From a virus (Duplodnaviria > Caudoviricetes): 64,000 nt of DNA. Shown here one piece after another: positions 1-8,525 of this stretch; position 1 is the stretch's first letter; each line of letters opens with the position of its first letter. The stretch lies in the IMG/VR virus record IMGVR_UViG_3300025679_000005. One strand, given 5' to 3'. The position numbers and the translations under genes were made by a program. The notes beneath the pieces are model-generated. The model was not told the DNA's origin and did no database searches. It saw only the letters and a program-made list of their open reading frames with translations.

Positions 1-544
1 TGATTCGGTCTGCTGTGAAGTCTGTCTGGACGTTCATTGCCGCCGGCTGGGACAACGTGTTGGCAAAAGACGCCACCCAGAGCTTGATGTGATCCTTCGA
101 GGCGTCATCCCAGGAGCCTTTGAGGCCGGTCGAGTTCAAGAGGAACAGCTTCTTCTGTTCGTCCGCAGAATCGACCTCATTGTCTCCGATGAAGAAACGG
201 TAGTTACCTCGGCCGGTCGCCTTGAATGACGCCCCAGAGGCTTCCAGGGCCGGCTGAAGGGGTGCCAGCAGTGTCGGCTCTCTGGAGACGATTCCTGCCA
301 ATAGGTTCGAGGTGAGGAACAGACCCCCTTCGCACCATTGAATGAGTCCGCAAGAAACAATGCAACGGTCGTAGGCGTTAACGGCGTCCATATGGGCCGA
401 TTCTGTTTGCGTCGTCACCGCCAAAATCTTCTGGTTCTCTGTGGGATTGGCAGGGAGTTGGAATGGTGCGGTGCCCCAACAATACGGGCCTTCAAACGAT
501 TGGTACGAACCCCAGCCTATGGTACTACTTGTTGCGGTCAGCAT
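1..544 (-). CDS. Partial (runs off window) lysozyme-like muramidase / candidate endolysin
   Basis: Not in ORF track; my translation from ATG at 544: MLTATSSTIGWGSYQSFEGPY...TTQTESAHMDAVNAYDRCIVSCGLIQWCEGG..., open to position 1. The E-x(6)-N-x-YD-x(4)-S-x-G-x-x-QW pattern resembles lysozyme-fold enzymes. Confidence 0.55.
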   Translation of the reverse strand, partial: MLTATSSTIGWGSYQSFEGPYCWGTAPFQLPANPTENQKILAVTTQTESAHMDAVNAYDRCIVSCGLIQWCEGGLFLTSNLLAGIVSREPTLLAPLQPALEASGASFKATGRGNYRFFIGDNEVDSADEQKKLFLLNSTGLKGSWDDASKDHIKLWVASFANTLSQPAAMNVQTDFTADRI

Positions 545-567
545 ACCCTGCCGCGTTTATGGGTAGA

Positions 568-762
568 TTAGGCTTTCCGCTTACGCTGCTGGTGTTCGAC
601 CATGAGGCAGCCGCAGGATTTCACCTGCCCCGTCAGCAAGGCGTTGCTGGTCACGGGTTTTGTGTTTCCGCAGATACACTTACATTGCCACAGAGCCCGG
701 CGGTTCTTGTCAGTGCCTAAGTACTCGCCTACGGTGAGTCGGGTAAATACTCGACCTTCCAT
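568..762 (-). CDS. Small Zn-binding protein resembling the N-terminal module of phage AP2/HNH endonucleases
   Basis: GRVFTRLTV...RALWQCKCICGNTKPV...LLTGQVKSCGC; start placed at MEGRVF (762); no nuclease domain follows. Confidence 0.65.
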   Translation of the reverse strand: MEGRVFTRLTVGEYLGTDKNRRALWQCKCICGNTKPVTSNALLTGQVKSCGCLMVEHQQRKRKA

Positions 763-829
763 GGGTATGCGTTTACCCTTAGGGCTACGTATGCGGCGTA
801 GTGAGTCCCAGTCGGCGTCAAAATTGAGT

Positions 830-1161
830 AGGCTGTTCACTAGCGGCACCATTACTATATAGGTTTTGTACAACTACAGCTGAATCTAGCCATGCAAGCC
901 GCAAGAGGTGGGTTATTGCAGACCCACTCAGGCTGTTCACATAGTAACTTTCATACTTGAGTAGGATAGCACGTTTGATGGCGTTTCTGCGCAGGAAAGT
1001 GATGTTCAGGCTAGGGTGTTCACATGAGCGACCAGTATATAATTTATACGTAATATCCTATGAGCCAGTTTCCGGCGTAAATCATGCTGGATAGTAGTTT
1101 ATAGGTTGGTATAACTCATAGGTTCCAGGCCGTGATCTGGCGTCGAAAACGGGCTGTTCAC
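830..1161 (+). repeat. Four dispersed 11-bp direct repeats RGGSTGTTCAC
   Basis: AGGCTGTTCAC 830-840 and 930-940, AGGGTGTTCAC 1013-1023, GGGCTGTTCAC 1151-1161; AT-rich stretch about 1035-1120. Confidence 0.75.
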
Positions 1162-1172
1162 ACGCACTTAAC

Positions 1173-1199
1173 CGTTATTCAGTCTGTGAACTGATAACG
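1173..1199 (-). terminator. Hairpin directly after the transglycosylase stop codon
   Basis: CGTTA(T)TCAG-tctgtgaa-CTGATAACG imperfect inverted repeat adjacent to stop at 1200. Confidence 0.5.
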
Positions 1200-2867
1200 T
1201 TACTCTGCTTCCCAGCCCGTCGAATCGACTTGACTGTCCTGAATCGGAATGATTTGGTCGGAGATGTACCCGCGTTCGGCAAGAACGGTCATGAGCTTCC
1301 TCACGCCAGCCATAACGCCAGGAGTAGGGGGGAGTGCGGTCCGGGGGTGGGGCATAAGGCTAGCGAGGTAGAAGGCTTCGTCAGGCTCAAGGGCCGCCGC
1401 TGGCTTATGGAAGTAGTGTTGGGCGGCGGGACCTATGCCATAGAGGTTTGGTCCGAACTCGACTGCATTGAGATACAGCTCCAAGATCTCCGCCTTGGTG
1501 AGGCAGGACTCAAGAGCGATCGTCAGTAGGGCCTCTTCAGCTTTGCGTCCTAGGGTCTTGGAACGTTGAAGCCAGATGTTCTTGGCGAGCTGCATGGAGA
1601 TGGTGCTTCCGCCTCGGAAGAATCGTCCTAGCTTGAGGTCTGCCTTGAGGGAATTTTCCAGCGCCTGGGGAATGATCCCGTTGTGGCTCTCGAAGCCCGG
1701 GTCCTCCAAGGTGACGAACGCCTTGGGGATGGTCGGGGGCAAAGACGAGATGGGGATCCAATCTTTGTTGAACTGGCCCAGGATTCGAGGGAATAGCGTA
1801 TTGTCCATTCGATAGGCCATGTATTCGAAATGGCCTCCATTCAAGGAAGCGATCAGCTCTGACCCGCACTCGAATTTACAGCTGTTTTTGATGCTAAGGG
1901 AGGGGACGGGTACTGTTCGGACTTCGAACGACAACCGTCCGTGGAAGTATCCAGCGGCGGACTTTAGGGCATCGGGAATTGGCTTGGGCAGGGCTTGGAC
2001 CCACGTGTTGCACTCTTCGTCTCCTTCAATGTGGTAGGTCGACGGATCGATTCGGACAGTGGCCGGTCCGATGGTAGCTAGAATGGTCCCTGCCTTAGTC
2101 TTGAACACGGACCTGGGGATTACCAAACCTACAGTCGGGAAGGTCACTAGATCCAAAGATATCCAAGGATGGTCGACTGAAGTGGCTGCCAAGTCCACCA
2201 GCACGTCTTCATCTGTGAGCTTGACGGTTGATCGGCCTTTGACACTGACGAACGTGCCCAGCTTAGCCTCTTCGAATGTTAGGATCTTGGCCTCAGGATC
2301 TGCTCCCAGACCTCTGAGGGCGATCTCTTGCGTGGCATCCAGCTTGGGGATGTTGAAGGGTAGGGGGACAACGACGGAGACACTATCAACTGTGACCCTC
2401 TTCGTGAGGCGATCGAGGCGGAAGCCGTCGAGGTCGACCGGCGTCCCGTGAACATAGACCGTACCCATGAGGAAGGAGACCTCTTTGGAGTCGAAGCTCA
2501 GGCTAGGCGTTTCGACTACGATGTCCCCTTTGCGAACCACGGCCCTGAGGTGTTCTCCGGAGATGTCAGAGGCCTCGGATCCCTTCTCATGAACGGTGTT
2601 CTCGTTGAGGATGACCGCGAGGCTGCCCCCATCCACGTGGACCCTCTTCGAGAGGTCGACGGTGACAGTGTTCAGCGTGCCACTGATGCCGGGGCGGTCC
2701 ACGGACACATCCGTGAGCGTGATCGCGTGCAGACCTACGCGGACAGAGCCTCGTACGATAACGCCAGGATAGTGACTAGCAATGTAAGCTCGAACTAGGG
2801 GTGCTTTGATAGTGACCAGGCCTACAATCATCAGCAGGGCGATGAGCGCCCATCCTAACTTCTTCAT
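1200..2867 (-). CDS. Membrane-anchored peptidoglycan transglycosylase (GT51, MtgA-like C-terminal domain, no transpeptidase)
   Basis: N-terminal TM helix; GT51 motifs EDPGFESHNG, RGGSTISMQLAKN, RKAEE, ILELYLNAVEFG, YGIGPAAQHYF. Confidence 0.9.
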   Translation of the reverse strand: MKKLGWALIALLMIVGLVTIKAPLVRAYIASHYPGVIVRGSVRVGLHAITLTDVSVDRPGISGTLNTVTVDLSKRVHVDGGSLAVILNENTVHEKGSEASDISGEHLRAVVRKGDIVVETPSLSFDSKEVSFLMGTVYVHGTPVDLDGFRLDRLTKRVTVDSVSVVVPLPFNIPKLDATQEIALRGLGADPEAKILTFEEAKLGTFVSVKGRSTVKLTDEDVLVDLAATSVDHPWISLDLVTFPTVGLVIPRSVFKTKAGTILATIGPATVRIDPSTYHIEGDEECNTWVQALPKPIPDALKSAAGYFHGRLSFEVRTVPVPSLSIKNSCKFECGSELIASLNGGHFEYMAYRMDNTLFPRILGQFNKDWIPISSLPPTIPKAFVTLEDPGFESHNGIIPQALENSLKADLKLGRFFRGGSTISMQLAKNIWLQRSKTLGRKAEEALLTIALESCLTKAEILELYLNAVEFGPNLYGIGPAAQHYFHKPAAALEPDEAFYLASLMPHPRTALPPTPGVMAGVRKLMTVLAERGYISDQIIPIQDSQVDSTGWEAE

Positions 2868-2876
2868 GACGACACC

Positions 2877-3230
2877 TTACACCACGAGGTCGTCATCCCT
2901 CAAGCGCTCAAGACGACCCTTTATAATCGGTCTAGGGGCCGGAGCCTCTTCTTCATACAGACGGAACATAGGGTCTGGTGGTAAGTCGTCCTTCAAAAAC
3001 ACTGCAAAGTTCAGAAGGAACGTAATCACCGAGATCATGCCCGCCCAAAAATCGGGGGCTATATGAAGAAGAGTCCTGTCCAAAAATATAGTTAGGATCA
3101 CAGCGAAGGCCAGCCAGGCCAAGCAAGCGATCTGTTGCTTCAGCTTGTTCGTGACCCACAGGGAAACCCCAATTGAGACTGCGAGCCCTACAGAGATCAC
3201 TATCCAGACAGTGTGAGTAATCCCAGGCAC
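2877..3230 (-). CDS. Small three-TM membrane protein
   Basis: Hydrophobic segments; start reassigned to GTG 3230, 9 nt after a TGGTGTA element; ends RLERLRDDDLVV. Confidence 0.7.
   Translation of the reverse strand: MPGITHTVWIVISVGLAVSIGVSLWVTNKLKQQIACLAWLAFAVILTIFLDRTLLHIAPDFWAGMISVITFLLNFAVFLKDDLPPDPMFRLYEEEAPAPRPIIKGRLERLRDDDLVV
2878..2884 (-). promoter_or_regulatory. YGGTGTA element
   Basis: 10 nt upstream of ATG 2867. Confidence 0.7.
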
Positions 3231-3239
3231 GCAAAGTAC

Positions 3240-3255
3240 TACACCATTCGGTGTA
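3240..3255. promoter_or_regulatory. Back-to-back YGGTGTA pair
   Basis: TACACC-attc-GGTGTA; 9 nt to GTG 3230 (-), 10 nt to ATG 3266 (+). Confidence 0.75.
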
Positions 3256-3265
3256 AAAGGAAACG

Positions 3266-3577
3266 ATGCCGCCTCGAAACCCATTGCGTATACCAACGAA
3301 GATACAGACATTTGGAGAAGCTTTGCGCTGGGCCAGGCATGAGCGGGGCCTGACTCAGAAGGAGGTCGCTGAAAAGGCGGGGATGATCGCTACCTTCTAC
3401 TGCGCCGTCGAGTGTGGTAAACGCCAGACCGACCAATTGAAGACCCTTGCCAGAGTTCTGGGCGTTCGTATAGCCGATCTCGAAGAGCGAGCTGGGGTCA
3501 CCAAAGATCTCATCAAGTGGCTCAAGACGAAACCGGCCGTGGTCAAAGCATTGTGGCGCACTAGGAGGCAAGGCTGA
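3266..3577 (+). CDS. XRE-family helix-turn-helix regulator
   Basis: FGEALRWARHERGLTQKEVAEKAGM...YCAVECGKR. Confidence 0.85.
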   Translation: MPPRNPLRIPTKIQTFGEALRWARHERGLTQKEVAEKAGMIATFYCAVECGKRQTDQLKTLARVLGVRIADLEERAGVTKDLIKWLKTKPAVVKALWRTRRQG

Positions 3578-3978
3578 TGTCGGCATTATCCGGAAAGGCG
3601 ATGCTGGAAAAGCTCCTGAAGGTCGGAACGCTGACGGCCAAGGACAGAGAGACCTTCGAGGGCATGTGGGACGCTGTTCATCGTTACGGGGGGCTATCTA
3701 AAAAGCAAGTGGCTTGGGTCGAGGACGCATTTTACAAGCAGAAGTTTGAAGAGCCTGGACACACTCCGCAAAAGCGCTCGAAGAAGATCGGGTTCGTCAT
3801 TGACCCTAAGGTCACAACCGTCAAGCGGGCCATCAACATCGACCACTTTCAGCTTACCTTCAAGGAATATCCCAAGGGAACTCCCGTTTACAAGGTAGCG
3901 GAGAAATTCTTCAGGGCTGGGGGAGAGATCTTTGAGATACGCCCATCCAATGCTCCCCCAGCATCCTCCAAAGCCTAG
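3577..3978 (+). CDS. Hypothetical protein
   Basis: 133-aa ORF coupled (TGATG) to the XRE gene. Confidence 0.7.
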   Translation: MSALSGKAMLEKLLKVGTLTAKDRETFEGMWDAVHRYGGLSKKQVAWVEDAFYKQKFEEPGHTPQKRSKKIGFVIDPKVTTVKRAINIDHFQLTFKEYPKGTPVYKVAEKFFRAGGEIFEIRPSNAPPASSKA

Positions 3979-4687
3979 GAGCGGTGTGGTGGGCGATGTA
4001 CACGTGGTCTGGCCGGTCATCGCCTGAGTACTCTAGGCGGTAGAGGTTGCCAACGTTCTCCCAGTGCGCGAGGCTGTCCTTCGTCCAGATCTTGGTCTGA
4101 GCAGGCATGATGATAGTTCCGTTGGCGTCCCTTATGGCCTGCACGGTGACCTTAACTCCATCCGCTGGGATTACGGGGTTAAGGAGGTACTCTGGAAGCT
4201 GCTTGTACAGCATGCCTTCACCCGACGCCTCCCTGAAGATGTAACTGTTGGTCTCCTTTGCGGATATGTAGGGCGGCTTGATCTGGGTGTGAGCCATCAC
4301 CATCCAGGCGTCTCCTGAGGCCGCCCGCTTGGCGAACTGAACCCAAGGATCTAGTTCTTTAGTGTGGAGCCCGTCCTCCAGGATGTAGGCATCAACCCTT
4401 GATTCCTCCTGAAGTAGAATCTGGTTGGCTAGCTGCCAACCACCACTGAGAGTCACTAGGCCCCTCCGGCGGATTTCGACATCTTTGAATTTAGGGGCCA
4501 GCTCCTGAAGAGCTGCTCGGAAGGCATCTCCTGAGGAGGCCCATTGGCGTCCTTTGCGGAAAAAGTTGCCATCAGACCCCGGGACTACCAGGACAATCGG
4601 CTCTTCCATGAAAAATTGCTTCGCCCAGGTCGCACAAGGCGCCTGAGAGGAGCTGGCGTAAGCCGTGATGATGACATCTCTTTTCAT
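3911..4687 (-). CDS. Hypothetical protein
   Basis: About 258-aa ORF from MKRDVIIT; no motif recognised with confidence. Confidence 0.65.
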   Translation of the reverse strand: MKRDVIITAYASSSQAPCATWAKQFFMEEPIVLVVPGSDGNFFRKGRQWASSGDAFRAALQELAPKFKDVEIRRRGLVTLSGGWQLANQILLQEESRVDAYILEDGLHTKELDPWVQFAKRAASGDAWMVMAHTQIKPPYISAKETNSYIFREASGEGMLYKQLPEYLLNPVIPADGVKVTVQAIRDANGTIIMPAQTKIWTKDSLAHWENVGNLYRLEYSGDDRPDHVYIAHHTAPRLWRMLGEHWMGVSQRSLPQP

Positions 4688-4746
4688 GGAACTACCCAAG
4701 GTGTCCCTATGCCTAATCTACTAAATGAAACCCTATTTCGAACCAG

Positions 4747-6084
4747 ATGACCGAACATTGGGCTGAAGATCTCCAGGCAACGCAGAACGCTCCCGACAAG
4801 CCGGCTCTAACCGATGAGTACAAGGCTGTCGACAAGAACCTGTGGGACATAGTGATGCAGGTTGCCAAGGGGGAACGCCACGACTTTACAAGAGGCGGGC
4901 CAAACGGGGATCGAACCATCAACGCTCCAAATGAAGGTCAGGGGTTCCGTAAGTGGCCCAGTCAGAAGGCAGTGGCATGGGCCATAAAGCAGTACAAGGG
5001 GTTCGGTGGGCAGTGGAAGGGTGACGACGAGAAGAATGCTTCGGAAGACAATGAGTCCTTCGTACAAGCTGTAGCTCTGAGGTATGCGAGCGCAGATGTG
5101 TCACACACTGAGGCAATGCGCCACTACCAACGCAGCGTCCTCGACTTCATGCGGACGGGGTCGTTGATCACAACTGCAACAGGCACAGACGATCACTACT
5201 GGATGCTAGACCTCAGAGACCAAGCCCTGGTCAATCAGGTCCACGCAGCTGAAGGCAGTCACGTCTGGGACATCACTGCCAAGGGTGTTCGTGTGTTCGT
5301 CGCCGGTCTTGAACAGGACCTCGTGCACAAGATGGAACACCTGATCAACACCGAGCCCTACGATGGCAATGAAGCCAAGAAGATCGGTGAGTGGTTTGAA
5401 GCCAACTTCCGTTTCAAGTCTCCGAAGACTCCCAAAGGCCAGAAGGAACTCAAGACAAATTGTGAGCATCTCCATTGGGCTCTAGCGTACGGCAGCACGA
5501 TGTACGCGGGCAGACCGGACGCTTACAAGAGCAATGTCGAGAACCATTGGACATATGTCAAGCTCCACATTGGAGACCTAGTCAAGTACTTCTCTGATGA
5601 GGGCGGGAGGGTAGTCCCCAACGAGCTGAAGATTGGTGCCAATACCTATCTCAACAAGGCAGGACTCGACGAGAAGACGTTGGAGAAATACGCCCATCGA
5701 CTCAACACCGTGATTGAATCCCTTCGAGGATGGCGAGCCAAAGCCCTCAAGGGTGGTGTAAAAGTTATGCTTGTCAGCCCCAGAGACTTGGCGACTGGTG
5801 GCAAGTACAAGACTTCAGAGGACACCTTGATGGTTCGAGCTACGCCGGTCATTTTGAAGCGGGACGCGGGAACGTACGCCAGCTTTGATTATATCGTAGT
5901 CCACGAGCTAGGCCATCGATACGAACATAAGAATTCAGTGCCACAAGACTTCGATAAACCAGAATGGTGGACCTCGAAATACAGCTCCAAGGAGGGCGAA
6001 TCCTTTGCTGAGCTTTTCGCTATTGGTGCCTATAATTTGTCCGGACCTTGGGATCAGCTATTTTGGACCGTTTCGAAAAGATAA
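4747..6084 (+). CDS. Multidomain protein with C-terminal zincin (HExxH) metallopeptidase-like domain; 3' end probably cut by tnpB insertion
   Basis: VVHELGHRYEH...SKYS...ESFAELF motif; N-terminal KWPS..AVAWAIKQYKGFGGQWK module; last 8 codons run into the tnpB upstream region. Confidence 0.7.
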   Translation: MTEHWAEDLQATQNAPDKPALTDEYKAVDKNLWDIVMQVAKGERHDFTRGGPNGDRTINAPNEGQGFRKWPSQKAVAWAIKQYKGFGGQWKGDDEKNASEDNESFVQAVALRYASADVSHTEAMRHYQRSVLDFMRTGSLITTATGTDDHYWMLDLRDQALVNQVHAAEGSHVWDITAKGVRVFVAGLEQDLVHKMEHLINTEPYDGNEAKKIGEWFEANFRFKSPKTPKGQKELKTNCEHLHWALAYGSTMYAGRPDAYKSNVENHWTYVKLHIGDLVKYFSDEGGRVVPNELKIGANTYLNKAGLDEKTLEKYAHRLNTVIESLRGWRAKALKGGVKVMLVSPRDLATGGKYKTSEDTLMVRATPVILKRDAGTYASFDYIVVHELGHRYEHKNSVPQDFDKPEWWTSKYSSKEGESFAELFAIGAYNLSGPWDQLFWTVSKR

Positions 6085-6088
6085 TGGC

Positions 6089-7144
6089 ATGATCCGCTCT
6101 TACCGCTATCCACTGCACCCGCTGAAGGACCAGGAAGTGATCCTGGTCTCCTGGATTGAGAGCTGCCGCCAGCTTTTCAATGGGGCATTGGAAGAGCGGA
6201 AGAGCCACTACTGGAAGTTCAATCGTGGGCTAACTCATTATGAGCAACAGAAGTCGCTGACTATTCTTAGATCTCAGGATTTGGAGTGGAAAGCGATTCC
6301 GGTCATGATTCTTAGATCTGCCCTTAAGCGCTTGGATCATGCCTACAATATGTTTTTCAGGCGAGTGAAGTCTGGAGAAGCCCCAGGCTTTCCACGCTTC
6401 CGGGGTCGTCATCGGTACGACTCTTTCTCGCTGGCGGCATACTTCAAAGTGAGTGAGAAAACCAAAGGGCATTCAGCTACAGTCTCAATCCCGAAGCTTG
6501 GTCCGGTCAAATTCAATCAGTACCGTCCTCACAAGGGTGTGATCAAAGACATCATCGTCAAGCGAGAGGCTGACAGATGGTTTGTGATCTTCCAGTGCGA
6601 TTTGGGAGTAGCCCCTGAGGTCGTGATCGACCCCACGAAGTCCGTCGGCATTGACCTAGGACTCACCCACTTCGGTACCCTTGATGACGGAACAACGATC
6701 GAGAACCCTCGATACTTCCGAGCTGGCCAAGACCTCCTTGCCAAGCGCCAACGCGCCCTGCAACGCAAGCGCCGTGGCAGCCGCTCTCGTCAACGAGCCA
6801 AGATCTTGGTTCAGCGGGCTCACACCCACATCAAGAATCAACGCCTAGATCATGCCAGAAAGCTGGCTAAGTCACTCTTTGAATCGAATGACATTGTCTG
6901 CTACGAGGACCTCTCGATTGCGACAATGATCGAGGGCTCCTACCTAGCGAAATCAATCTCGGACGCTTCCTGGTCAATCACCATTCACTGCCTAAAATGC
7001 AAAGCGGAAGAAGCTGGCAAACTCGCAGTGGCTGTAGACCCAAGAGGGACCACACAGAGGTGTAGTGGGTGCGGAACCGTCGTCCCAAAGGGACTCCGGG
7101 ACCGCGTTCATGACTGCCCAGAGTGTGGCCTCGTCATGGGCTAA
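6089..7144 (+). mobile_element. tnpB: Solo IS200/IS605-family TnpB, truncated before RuvC-III
   Basis: MIRSYRYPLHP, GIDLG (RuvC-I), CYEDL (RuvC-II), DPRGTTQRCSGCG...HDCPECG, then stop at GLVMG*, lacking the DRDxNA motif present in the 55985 paralogue. Confidence 0.9.
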
Positions 7145-7184
7145 ACCCTATTGGGCACTACGTAGCAAAGGTAATGGCGTAAAT

Positions 7185-7781
7185 ATGTCAATGATCGGGC
7201 TCAAAATACCTCAAGAGACTGCTGGGATCTTGAGTGAGATCAAGCTGCCAGGTGAGCCTGCGACCGATCTGCACATTACGATCCTTCACCTGGGAGACGC
7301 ACTCCCTATTGGTACTGTCTCCAAGGCTGTCGAAGTTGCCTATGACGTGGTTCAGAAAATACGCCCGTTCACAGTGCTGACCACCAAGGTTATCTGTTTC
7401 CCAGAGGGTAGTAACGGCGTTCCCGTGGTTTGTGAAATAGAGTCGGAGGCCCTTCACGAGCTGTGGGCCAAACTATGCGAGGCCTTTGATGATGCCGGCC
7501 TGGAATACAGCAAAAAGTTCCCGGTATTTCGCCCGCATGTGACCCTAAGTTGGGCTGAAGCCCCGATCAAGCCTATCAAGTTCTCGCCTATCGAATGGGG
7601 CGCTCACGAGCTAACTATCTGGGGTGGGGACTCCGGAGAACGCAAGGTGATGGTGTCGATCCCCATTGCCCCTTTTGGGCGGGCGGCCTCCTCCAAGAGG
7701 GTGGCTTTCGGCTTGAAACTGACCTCGCCCGAGCGAGTGGCCTTGAAGTTCCAGTTGACCCAGGCAGGGATCTGGGAATGA
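7185..7781 (+). CDS. 2H phosphoesterase (2'-5' RNA ligase/LigT-like)
   Basis: Two HxT motifs: DLHITILHL and RPHVTLS. Confidence 0.85.
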   Translation: MSMIGLKIPQETAGILSEIKLPGEPATDLHITILHLGDALPIGTVSKAVEVAYDVVQKIRPFTVLTTKVICFPEGSNGVPVVCEIESEALHELWAKLCEAFDDAGLEYSKKFPVFRPHVTLSWAEAPIKPIKFSPIEWGAHELTIWGGDSGERKVMVSIPIAPFGRAASSKRVAFGLKLTSPERVALKFQLTQAGIWE

Positions 7782-7867
7782 CCCAGTATCTACGCACATA
7801 CTGGCTGGAGTTCACTTTTCTAGGCTTGTTTTTGGCCATGGGGACGCTCCTGAACTACCTGTTCTAG
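7778..7867 (+). CDS. 29-aa single-TM peptide
   Basis: MTQYLRTYWLEFTFLGLFLAMGTLLNYLF; ATGA overlap with the upstream stop. Confidence 0.5.
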   Translation: MTQYLRTYWLEFTFLGLFLAMGTLLNYLF

Positions 7868-7894
7868 CTAATCCTTCGATAAATTCGGCCTTAT

Positions 7895-8524
7895 ATGCCA
7901 ACCCAGCTAGAACAAGAGCTGCTGGTGATGCTCGATCAGCACCGCCGAGCGACTGTCACTGAGGTGTCCACGCTCCCAGACCTGATTCCAGAGGCCTTGC
8001 TGTCCCCTAGTGCTCAGGCTGACATGCGGGCAATGGCCTCTATCCAGACTCAGCGAGCTGGCGAAGCTTCGAGATTCACGGCCCGCCCTTACGAGGCGAC
8101 CGTTTCTGCTGAGGCCCTGGCTCCAGCTCCAACAATGGCCCTCGATGAGATCCTGGCGTCCTTGTTCATGGAACAGGCTCAGCGTGAAATCGAGGCGACT
8201 GGCCTACAAACTCCTGCTGAGGGTGTTTTCGACATCGAATTCGAAAACGGGGATTCAGTATGGGCTTCGGTTCAGATCGAATCTCCCCGGGTCGCACGCG
8301 GTTTCGAGTATTCCTCGGCAGGAGAGGATACTAGGGTAGTAGCTCGTAGGTACGGGGGCCGATTTGTACAGGCCCCGCCCCCAATCGTGTCCGTATCTGA
8401 GCGCCGTGAGCAGAGGGTCCAGCAGGCTGCGACAGCGGCCCCACAAAGCAGTAAGGCCCAAGACACCCTCGTACGAAAAAGCTCGTATGAGAGGCTCCTG
8501 GGCCCCAGCGTTCTGGACGAATGA
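7895..8524 (+). CDS. Hypothetical protein with C-terminal SYERLL motif
   Basis: 209-aa ORF ending KSSYERLLGPSVLDE. Confidence 0.7.
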   Translation: MPTQLEQELLVMLDQHRRATVTEVSTLPDLIPEALLSPSAQADMRAMASIQTQRAGEASRFTARPYEATVSAEALAPAPTMALDEILASLFMEQAQREIEATGLQTPAEGVFDIEFENGDSVWASVQIESPRVARGFEYSSAGEDTRVVARRYGGRFVQAPPPIVSVSERREQRVQQAATAAPQSSKAQDTLVRKSSYERLLGPSVLDE

Positions 8525-8525
8525 C

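Noticed and set aside
830-1161. Called as a CRISPR array
   Set aside because: Repeats are only 11 bp and spacings are irregular (83-138 nt).
5755-5760. Intragenic GGTGTA copies (also 20222, 31540 region, 61627)
   Set aside because: A hexamer is expected dozens of times by chance in 64 kb on two strands; these lack an appropriately spaced gene start and were not counted.
7136-7144. Shared ATGGGCTA at the end of tnpB copy 1 and just upstream of copy 3 (55930-55937)
   Set aside because: An 8-bp match is plausible by chance, and the positions relative to the elements are not equivalent.
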